Below are positions 44,327 through 51,247 of a DNA stretch of 51,247 bases, in pieces; position 1 is the stretch's first letter, and each line of letters starts with the position of its first letter. The DNA is taken from the NCBI GenBank assembly GCA_036769465.1, contig DAIPLA010000001.1, forward strand, positions 1 to 51,247, given 5' to 3'. The stretch comes from Candidatus Nanopelagicaceae bacterium (GTDB lineage: Bacteria; Actinomycetota; Actinomycetes; Nanopelagicales; Nanopelagicaceae). Below the pieces are notes generated by a model. That model was not told the DNA's origin. It worked only from the letters and a program-made list of their open reading frames with translations, and made no database searches. A program made the position numbers and the translations under genes.

Positions 44327-44917
44327 TTAAGCCTGGACTATCTGCTCCACAAAGAGCTTATGGATTCGATTATCAGCGGTTAGTTCAGGGTGGAATGAGG
44401 TGGCCAAGACTTTTCCTTGCCGAACCGCAACTGGATGTTCACTGCCACCTTTGTTAACGCTCGCTAGAACTTCGACATCCTCCCCCCACGTTTCTACCCA
44501 GGGGGCGCGAATGAAAACGGCTCGCACCGGATTGCCACCCACGCCTTCAATGTCGAGGTCAGATTCGAAGGATTCAACCTGGCGACCAAAAGCATTTCTG
44601 CGCACCGAGATATCGATTCCGCCAAAGCTTTCTTGGCCAGACGCTGGCTCAATAATTGTGTTTGCGACCATGATCATTCCTGCGCACGATCCATACGTGG
44701 GCAGGCCCGAGGCAATTCGATCCTTAATCACATCAAAGAGACCAAAAGACTTCGCCAATTTACTGATCGTTGTCGATTCCCCACCCGGGATTACCAGCGC
44801 ATCAATCGATTCCAGATCATCACGCGACTTCGCTTCGATTGCGGTCACACCACAACTCTTCAGCGATTCGACGTGCTCTCGAAAATCACCTTGTAGTGCG
44901 AGCACTCCGAATTTCAT
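44327..44917 (-). CDS. pdxT: PLP synthase glutaminase subunit
   Basis: GVLALQG, PGGESTT, GSCAGMI, FHPE. Confidence 0.98.
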   Translation of the reverse strand: MKFGVLALQGDFREHVESLKSCGVTAIEAKSRDDLESIDALVIPGGESTTISKLAKSFGLFDVIKDRIASGLPTYGSCAGMIMVANTIIEPASGQESFGGIDISVRRNAFGRQVESFESDLDIEGVGGNPVRAVFIRAPWVETWGEDVEVLASVNKGGSEHPVAVRQGKVLATSFHPELTADNRIHKLFVEQIVQA

Positions 44918-44949
44918 AGAACTAAAGCGATAGTTTGGGTCGAGTCGGC

Positions 44950-45852
44950 TTACCAGCCGCGCTCGGCCAAACGGTGTGGGACCGGGATATCTGCAACATT
45001 GATGCCGACCATCGCTTCACCCAGACCACGGGATGCATCCGCAACGATCTTGGAGTCGGTGAAATATGTGGTTGCTTTGACGCAAGCAGCTGCTCGCTTT
45101 GCCGGATCGCCGGATTTGAAAATTCCTGAACCAACAAATACGCCGTCTGCACCGAGTTGCATCATCATTGCCGCATCTGCTGGAGTGGCGATTCCGCCGG
45201 CGGTAAAGAGAACTACGGGTAGCTTGCCAGTCTCGGCGACCTCTTTTACTAACGCGTATGGAGCTTGCAGTTCTTTAGCCGCAACGTAAAGCTCGTCTTC
45301 GCGCATCGAGGTTAGTCGGCGAATCTCTTGGCTAATTTTTCGCATGTGTGTGGTGGCATTAGAAACATCTCCGGTGCCCGCTTCGCCCTTCGAACGAATC
45401 ATTGCGGCACCTTCGTTAATGCGTCGGAGCGCTTCGCCAAGGTTGGTCGCGCCACACACAAAAGGAACCGTGAACTTCCACTTATCGATGTGGTGCTCGT
45501 AATCGGCAGGAGTCAGAACCTCGGACTCATCAATGTAATCAACGTTGAGACTTTCCAGAACTTGCGCTTCAACGAAATGGCCGATCCGCACCTTTGCCAT
45601 GACCGGAATAGAAACCGCGCCCTGAATTTTTTCAATCATGTCTGGGTCGGACATACGCGATACGCCACCCTGCGCGCGAATGTCAGCTGGTACGCGCTCC
45701 AACGCCATGACCGCAACAGCACCGGCATCTTCCGCGATCTTCGCCTGCTCAACGTTCACCACGTCCATGATGACGCCGCCCTTGAGCATCTCCGCCATTC
45801 CGCGCTTAACGCGAGCGGTGCCTACTTGGGCCGAAGAGGAATCGTTTGACAT
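44950..45852 (-). CDS. pdxS: PLP synthase lyase subunit
   Basis: [43 protein letters not shown] before ATG 45852. Confidence 0.98.
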   Translation of the reverse strand: MSNDSSSAQVGTARVKRGMAEMLKGGVIMDVVNVEQAKIAEDAGAVAVMALERVPADIRAQGGVSRMSDPDMIEKIQGAVSIPVMAKVRIGHFVEAQVLESLNVDYIDESEVLTPADYEHHIDKWKFTVPFVCGATNLGEALRRINEGAAMIRSKGEAGTGDVSNATTHMRKISQEIRRLTSMREDELYVAAKELQAPYALVKEVAETGKLPVVLFTAGGIATPADAAMMMQLGADGVFVGSGIFKSGDPAKRAAACVKATTYFTDSKIVADASRGLGEAMVGINVADIPVPHRLAERGW

Positions 45853-45907
45853 CAAAACTCCTTGCGAGAGACGGGAAATTATTACGAAGTAGAGCGAGTC
45901 CCCAAGT

Positions 45908-46951
45908 CTACCGTCCGCTCGGCGAGCTCGCAGAATTAGATGTGCCGTTGAAAGTAGGAGGGGTATCCGTAAGCGCAATCCAGATCTGTCCGGGATTAAT
46001 TAAGGCGGGCGACCCATCCAATAACCGCCAGCTAGTGCCAGAAGTTGGGTCTGATCGATTCCACGTCGCTGGAATGGCTAGCCCATTGCGAAGTATGTAT
46101 CCCGTGCCCGAACCTACCGTGTTGCTAAACGGGGTTATTCCGCCGACTTTGTCGTGATAAATGGAATCCGTTATCGAAACGTTTTGAACGATGAAGGTGT
46201 CAGCGGATAGTTGCGCACCGTTTGCATCTAGGTCTGGACGATGCTCGTAAGAGAGCAGCCATTTACCCGAGCTGGCGGACCAGAGAAGTTGGTAGCTAGA
46301 GCTCGGCCACTTCAACGAAACCGCGGTAGCCGTCTCCACTTTGTTCGTTGCGCGCCATGACGGCGAATCCGGAAGTTTTCCGAATTGGAAACCAATCGAG
46401 TGCGCGCTGACGATGGACTTGCCCTCAGTTTCGATTGATTTTTTCAACAAACCCACTGGATCAAGAAACATGTTCGTCGGCTCTGATCGTGACGTGTCAC
46501 GGCTATAGATCGATGGCGGATTGTGCTCGGCGCTGAGGTCAAAAAGATTTGCCCCGGCAATCACTGGCAACATTTTTGTTTGAACACCGCTGAAGGCGAA
46601 TCCGACTTTGCCATACTGAGCAAGAATGTCGATATCACTAATGCGCGCCGATCGAACGGGTCCAATGGATGCGGGAATTGACGTTGGGTACTGCGAGTAC
46701 ACCGCAGCAAGTCTCGTAAGTCCGCCTTCGACCTGTTCGATATAGACAATGTCCGCCGCCGATAGTCCGACTTGTGGATGAGCCGGTGGAGTGTCATCCA
46801 CTTTAACTACAAGAACAGGGCCATTGATACCTGGCGCACCGTTGAGCGCATTAACCGATCCATTGCCACCGCTAGAACCCGAACCCTGCCCTCCGCAACC
46901 GGCGAGTGCTAGCGATGATGTAAGAACTGCAGCTACGTATAAACGTTTCAC
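45908..46951 (-). CDS. DUF3048 (YerB-like) lipoprotein
   Basis: Lipobox LAGC; VKVDD...AHPQ.GL..ADIVY.E.VEGG.TR, GPVRSAR. Confidence 0.85.
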   Translation of the reverse strand: MKRLYVAAVLTSSLALAGCGGQGSGSSGGNGSVNALNGAPGINGPVLVVKVDDTPPAHPQVGLSAADIVYIEQVEGGLTRLAAVYSQYPTSIPASIGPVRSARISDIDILAQYGKVGFAFSGVQTKMLPVIAGANLFDLSAEHNPPSIYSRDTSRSEPTNMFLDPVGLLKKSIETEGKSIVSAHSIGFQFGKLPDSPSWRATNKVETATAVSLKWPSSSYQLLWSASSGKWLLSYEHRPDLDANGAQLSADTFIVQNVSITDSIYHDKVGGITPFSNTVGSGTGYILRNGLAIPATWNRSDPTSGTSWRLLDGSPALINPGQIWIALTDTPPTFNGTSNSASSPSGR

Positions 46952-47451
46952 AATACGTCGTCCTCAAATGTGTATTTGACGGGAAGCGGCGCGGTGCCAG
47001 CGAGCCGAAAAAGCCGAATACTCCATTTGCCTCTCAATGCACGCGTTGTATTCACTGCCTCTAAGTGAATCGTGATTGCAAGTCGAATTTTGTCGGTAAT
47101 CTGTTTTAACTCGTCGATAAGGTGTGGGTCAATCGATTGCAATTCAGCAGGATCGCTCATCATCATTTTGAGTGATTCGGAGAGACCGCTCTCCGCCTCG
47201 CTTCGTTCTACGATCGCCGCTTCACGAGCTTGAAATGCCGCGCCCATAAGAACCAAGCTTGACGCAGGATCTATCCCGGCTTCGTGCGCGATCTCGATTG
47301 CGATAGCCGCTCGACGCTGAAGTAACGCGTCTAAATGCTCCCACGAGGTTTCCACGCGATGGTGCATTCGATCTAACCGGCTTGCAGAATACGAAAGCGA
47401 CCAAAGGAAGAGCAGAATCACGAGACCCGCGATCACATAACTCGTGTGCAT
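46948..47451 (-). CDS. Membrane-anchored helical protein (LemA-like; resembles N-terminal half of Rv2609c)
   Basis: N-terminal TM, ASRLDRMHHR...W..LD..L.RR, E..LS, R.FRLAGTAPLP; directly after pimA. Confidence 0.75.
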   Translation of the reverse strand: MHTSYVIAGLVILLFLWSLSYSASRLDRMHHRVETSWEHLDALLQRRAAIAIEIAHEAGIDPASSLVLMGAAFQAREAAIVERSEAESGLSESLKMMMSDPAELQSIDPHLIDELKQITDKIRLAITIHLEAVNTTRALRGKWSIRLFRLAGTAPLPVKYTFEDDVL

Positions 47452-48633
47452 TTAGTTCTCCCCCAGTCGGTCGCGCAGGCGATTCCATGGCCGACTGTCA
47501 GAACTTAGTCCTACTCGTTCGCCGGCAGAGGTTGCCATTTCGTAGACATCCAGAATTTGAGTAGCGACCAAATTCCAATCGAACTTTGCCGAAAGTTCGT
47601 AACCAGCCATCGCAAGATTATTTCGCCGGTCGGGTGAATCGAGAAGCTCGGTGACCAGGCCGGCCAGCTCTCCTGAGGATTCCGAGGAGAAGAGGGCGCC
47701 CGCGTGCGAACCGTCGTCGACGCGAAGAAGGTCATCGAAGGCCTGGATGTCACTCGCAACAACTGGCGTGGACGAGGCCATTGCCTCGGCAAGGATTATC
47801 CCGAAGGACTCCCCTCCAGTGTTCGGAGCTACATAGAGGTCGATGGATTTAAAGAATTGCATTTTTTCTTCCTCGCTCAACCGGCCGAGGAATGTCACGC
47901 GCCCTCGAAGATTGGTGGGAATTTTCTTTTCATAGGACTTCTCATCGCCGGGCCCGGCGACCAAAATTCGTGCGGAGGGGTTTGCAAGAACAATTTTCGG
48001 TAGCGCGGCGAGTAATACGTCGAGACCCTTTCGTGGTTCGTCGAATCGTCCGATGAAACCAATGGTTCCTGGACTCTTCCACTCTGCACGGTAGGAGTGA
48101 TGGGAAAACTTGGCCCGGTCGATGCCATTTGGAATAACCACGGCTTCGGTCTCGAAATTGTCTTTCAGGGTCCTTCGCGCGCTTTCGCTCACCGCAATCT
48201 TCGCGCGTAGCTTCTCCAGCGCTGGCTCTAAAATCGGAGCGACTGCATACATCGCCTTCAATTTTGTTGATGCCGCATGAAATGTCGCTACGACTGGCCC
48301 ATCCGCGGCCCAACAGGCAAGCAGAGAGATTGAAGGGATTGCTGGTTCATGGATGTGTAGAACATCAAAGTCATTCGCTGCAATCCATTGCCGAACACGC
48401 GAGGCCGCAACCGGACCAAAGAGAACGCGCGCGACCGCTCCGTTATAAGGAATAGAAATCGGACGTCCTGCTGACACCAACCACGGGACATCGATGGAAC
48501 TCTCATCCGAAACCGGCGCGAGCACCGAGACGGTATGACCTAATCCGATTAAATGTTGGGCTAATTCTCGAACGTGAATTTGCACCCCGCCCGGGGTATC
48601 CCAACCGTATGGGCAAACGATTCCGATTTTCAT
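47452..48633 (-). CDS. pimA: GDP-mannose phosphatidylinositol mannosyltransferase (GT4)
   Basis: IVCPY.W..PGGVQ.H, HIHEP, GRFDEPRKG, GGESFGIILAEAMA; pgsA-patA-pimA operon. Confidence 0.93.
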   Translation of the reverse strand: MKIGIVCPYGWDTPGGVQIHVRELAQHLIGLGHTVSVLAPVSDESSIDVPWLVSAGRPISIPYNGAVARVLFGPVAASRVRQWIAANDFDVLHIHEPAIPSISLLACWAADGPVVATFHAASTKLKAMYAVAPILEPALEKLRAKIAVSESARRTLKDNFETEAVVIPNGIDRAKFSHHSYRAEWKSPGTIGFIGRFDEPRKGLDVLLAALPKIVLANPSARILVAGPGDEKSYEKKIPTNLRGRVTFLGRLSEEEKMQFFKSIDLYVAPNTGGESFGIILAEAMASSTPVVASDIQAFDDLLRVDDGSHAGALFSSESSGELAGLVTELLDSPDRRNNLAMAGYELSAKFDWNLVATQILDVYEMATSAGERVGLSSDSRPWNRLRDRLGEN

Positions 48634-49529
48634 GCTGCGCTCGACTCTCGATCGACAAAGTCGCCATCAATCCAGATGCGCTGCAACATGTGCCAATCTT
48701 CGGTGTCACGCGCGATGTGATCCGCGAACCAATCAGCAACCAGCTGGGTCATTGTCGCTGCTTTTTCGCTTGTGGTACCGGAAATCGGAACCGGAATCTC
48801 CGGTCCGAATATGATTCGAATCCCTTTACCTTCATATCCGACGAACGCGGTTATCAATGGCGCACCCGTCTGAATCGCAAGGAGAGCAGGACCTCCCGGC
48901 AATCGCGCGGGGTAACCCGCGAAATCAACGTCGATGCCATTTTTGGAAAGATCGCGATCCGCGACGAGAGCTACCAGCTTGCCCGAGCGCAAACGTTGCG
49001 ACAGGGTTGCGATTGCACGGGAATTAAGGTCGAGGACTTCCATTCCGATCGCTTCGCGATAAGCGAGAAATCGTTGAAACAGTCGTTCAGGTTTGAGATG
49101 CTCCGCTACAGTCGTGAGCGGCGCTCCGGTCTGACAGAAATAAGACCCCGCGTGATCCCAGTTACCGGCATGAGGAAGGGCAACGATGCACCCTCGGCCT
49201 TCCGCCATGGGCTGTCGTAAATATTCTTCATGATCAATCACCACGGTACTTAATGTTCGTTCCCGATCCCATGACGGCGAACGAAAGGTGTCAACCCAAT
49301 AACGCAGATATGACTGCATGCCCGCTTCGACAAGCGCTTCGAGTTGACCGGCGTTGAGCCCTGGTCGAATGCGCGCATAGTTGCTCCGCATACGCCGAAC
49401 TCCCTTTCCGTTCTTGCGATGCAAATAAGAGCCGATCTTCGCGGCTTGGGCGTAAACAAAGTTTTCCGGGAGCGTTCGAATTACCTTCCAGGCGATTGCG
49501 TAACCCAGATACATTAATCGCTCCGTCAT
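48630..49529 (-). CDS. patA: Phosphatidylinositol mannoside acyltransferase
   Basis: SY.RYW, LPHAGNWD, LVADRDL, DWHMLQ..W; start moved to ATG 49529. Confidence 0.92.
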   Translation of the reverse strand: MTERLMYLGYAIAWKVIRTLPENFVYAQAAKIGSYLHRKNGKGVRRMRSNYARIRPGLNAGQLEALVEAGMQSYLRYWVDTFRSPSWDRERTLSTVVIDHEEYLRQPMAEGRGCIVALPHAGNWDHAGSYFCQTGAPLTTVAEHLKPERLFQRFLAYREAIGMEVLDLNSRAIATLSQRLRSGKLVALVADRDLSKNGIDVDFAGYPARLPGGPALLAIQTGAPLITAFVGYEGKGIRIIFGPEIPVPISGTTSEKAATMTQLVADWFADHIARDTEDWHMLQRIWIDGDFVDRESSAA

Positions 49530-49533
49530 GCTG

Positions 49534-50136
49534 TCACCGATGAGACGTCGCGCGATAAACAATGGCGAGTCGCTGGGCTACCGTGATGAGCGAGAGACTG
49601 GCTAGAAGCCATAGGCCAATTGCGAGAATGTATTTAACGCCGAGACCAGCAAAACCGGTGGCCACTAGAAGAATGATGAGTCGCTCGGTTCGTTCCGCGA
49701 TTCCGCCATTGCATTCGATATCCAAGGATTCGGCGCGCGCCTTTATGTACGAAATCAGCGACCCTGCAACGAGAGCGACGAAAGCAACGGGAAGAACGCG
49801 ATCATGGGATTTCATCAACCAATACATCAGCGATCCGATTACCGCAGCGTCCCCAAGGCGATCCAACGTGGAGTCCAGAAGTGCTCCCCACGTGCTGGTA
49901 CCGGTTGGAGACATTCGAGCCAGCGTCCCATCGAGCAAATCCGTCAAAACAAATGCGGTAATTACCATCGTCCCCGCGAAAAGGTGTCCCGACGAAAATA
50001 GAAAGACTGACGAGACGGTGGTGCCGATGGCCCCAAAAATGGTTATCGAATTAGCGGTCACTCCCATTTTGAGCAGAACTCGGCTCAACGGAGTAATCAA
50101 CCGCGTCATCGGAGGGCGTAATGAACCTTGAAGCAT
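49534..50136 (-). CDS. pgsA: Phosphatidylinositol (phosphate) synthase, CDP-alcohol phosphatidyltransferase
   Basis: DLLDG.LAR...GA.LDS.LDR.GD, SYIKARAE, ERTER. Confidence 0.94.
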   Translation of the reverse strand: MLQGSLRPPMTRLITPLSRVLLKMGVTANSITIFGAIGTTVSSVFLFSSGHLFAGTMVITAFVLTDLLDGTLARMSPTGTSTWGALLDSTLDRLGDAAVIGSLMYWLMKSHDRVLPVAFVALVAGSLISYIKARAESLDIECNGGIAERTERLIILLVATGFAGLGVKYILAIGLWLLASLSLITVAQRLAIVYRATSHR

Positions 50137-50143
50137 CGTTCAC

Positions 50144-50153
50144 ATCGTAGGCT
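50144..50153. promoter_or_regulatory. Overlapping back-to-back -10 elements: TACGAT (minus, pgsA) and TAGGCT (plus, mini EF-G2 ORF)
   Basis: 25-bp intergenic spacer; hexamers lie 7 and 8 nt upstream of the two start codons. Confidence 0.5.
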
Positions 50154-50161
50154 TCCGAGCT

Positions 50162-50743
50162 GTGAGTGACCTAATTTCTGCGCCCAAGCCCTCCGTATGT
50201 GCACACGGGGGCGGAGCGATGGCCGTGGCGAGGAAATTGGCCCTACCGATGGCCAATCTGGCATCCGCCGACGCGCTCCTCATCACCGTCAGCGCAACCA
50301 CGGGTATCTCGCCGGAGGGCATAGACATTTGGAACGAAGCTCGAGAGCTTTATATACCCTCGATAGTGGTCGTTGATGAACTCGAGGCATCCGAAACAGA
50401 TTTCGACGACATGATTCCCATTATCGGAAGACTGTTAGAACCCGTCGTTAATCCATTTCTTATCTTGCACGACGATGCAGGCAAGCCGACGGCTTTGATT
50501 GATCTCGATTCGCTTGATGTCATTGATTATTCAAATGGTCGACGCGAAGTGCGAGCAAGCGATCCGGAACACAAGGTTCTTGTCTTTGAATTTCGAAAAG
50601 AATATCTAGAAGCGCTCGACGCTGCTGGAGAGAGCGCATTCGAAGCCGCGTTGCTTTACCCCGCTATCCCATACCTCGAGCAGATAAACCTAGGTGAGGC
50701 AGAAATTAAGAGTTATCTGGATCGCTTACCAGTTCGCGGCTAG
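50162..50743 (+). CDS. Truncated EF-G2 (FusA2)-derived protein: C-terminal part of G domain plus G' region, no P-loop
   Basis: ADALLITVSA..GI......W.EA....IP..VVV..L.....DFD and DYS.G.R......PEH resemble actinobacterial EF-G2 as recalled; occupies the EF-G2 position (divergent from pgsA, convergent with HIT). Confidence 0.7.
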   Translation: MSDLISAPKPSVCAHGGGAMAVARKLALPMANLASADALLITVSATTGISPEGIDIWNEARELYIPSIVVVDELEASETDFDDMIPIIGRLLEPVVNPFLILHDDAGKPTALIDLDSLDVIDYSNGRREVRASDPEHKVLVFEFRKEYLEALDAAGESAFEAALLYPAIPYLEQINLGEAEIKSYLDRLPVRG

Positions 50744-51247
50744 TGCAGCTCGAGTTTCACTCAACAGCTGTGGTAATACTTTTGTCTGTCCAATAATCGG
50801 CATGAAGTTCGCGTCTCCGCCCCAACGTGGAACGACGTGTTGATGAATGTGGTCAGCCACTCCTGCACCAGAAATTGCGCCTTGGTTCATTCCCAGATTG
50901 AAACCCGCTGGCGAAGAGACTTTGCGCAATGTAGTCATAGCGTGCGCGGTCAATTCTGAAATTTCGGCACGCTCTTGCGCGGTCAAGTCGGTTAAGTCCG
51001 CCACATGACGGTTGGCGCAAATCAGAACGTGCCCCGCGTTGTACGGATAAAGATTCATGACGACGTAGGCGGTTTTGCCTCGAAAAACAATAAGCGCTTC
51101 AGGATCTTCCAACTCCTGAATTCGACAGAACGGACAGGCGATATCGTTTCCTGGAAGCGGCCGATTCTCGCCCGCCAAATAATTTAAACGATGTGGCGCC
51201 CAGAGGCGTTGCCACGAATCGGGGATTCCCGCTCCCCCGAATGAATC
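50726..51247 (-). CDS. HIT family protein, Rv2613c-like Ap4A phosphorylase (partial, start beyond right edge)
   Basis: Frame stays open to the edge: ...SWQRLWAPHRLNYLAGE..CPFC..NLYPYNAGH..GMNQG..GAG..DHIHQHVVPRW.GD.NF. Confidence 0.92.
   Translation of the reverse strand, partial: DSFGGAGIPDSWQRLWAPHRLNYLAGENRPLPGNDIACPFCRIQELEDPEALIVFRGKTAYVVMNLYPYNAGHVLICANRHVADLTDLTAQERAEISELTAHAMTTLRKVSSPAGFNLGMNQGAISGAGVADHIHQHVVPRWGGDANFMPIIGQTKVLPQLLSETRAALAANW

Noticed and set aside
48609..49220. 203-aa plus-strand ORF
   Set aside because: Antisense to patA, Arg-rich off-frame composition; shadow ORF.
49562..50131. 189-aa plus-strand ORF that might be the missing N-terminus of EF-G2
   Set aside because: It is the antisense frame of pgsA, has no P-loop motif and stops before the remnant ORF.
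1..51247. Frequent CGATCG/TCGA words suggesting HIP1-like repeats; CRISPR, tRNA or IS elements
   Set aside because: Only a few full GCGATCGC copies seen, explainable by codon usage. No spaced direct repeats, cloverleaf-sized spacers with tRNA motifs, or transposase ORFs were found.

Overview
Gene-dense, mostly minus-strand core-genome segment of an actinobacterium. Moderate GC, tiny intergenic spacers and missing small genes suggest a streamlined lineage such as freshwater Nanopelagicales/acI; this placement is inference. Gene order: rsmB'-fmt-def-priA-metK-coaBC-rpoZ-[mIHF::gmk]-pyrF-pyrD-pyrK-carB-carA-pyrC-pyrB-pyrR <> bldD, nusB-efp-aroQ-aroB-aroK-aroC-A24 peptidase-aroE-mltG-ruvX-alaS-DUF948, an atypical FtsH-like protease with a coupled lipoprotein, aspS-hisS-MBL hydrolase <> DUF349, rel-secF-secD-ruvBAC-yebC-pdxTS-DUF3048 lipoprotein, the PIM locus (pimA-patA-pgsA), a divergent mini EF-G2-derived ORF and a HIT gene. 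I saw no rRNA, tRNA, CRISPR array or mobile element. The most notable points are (1) the lipoprotein plus non-canonical FtsH pair, (2) a 193-aa EF-G2 remnant lacking GTPase motifs but with an apparent promoter, (3) an mIHF-guanylate kinase fusion, (4) a BldD with an intact c-di-GMP signature, (5) widespread leaderless promoter architecture and (6) a PyrR RNA site that occludes the pyrR RBS. All family calls come from motif recognition and recalled synteny; no database search was run.
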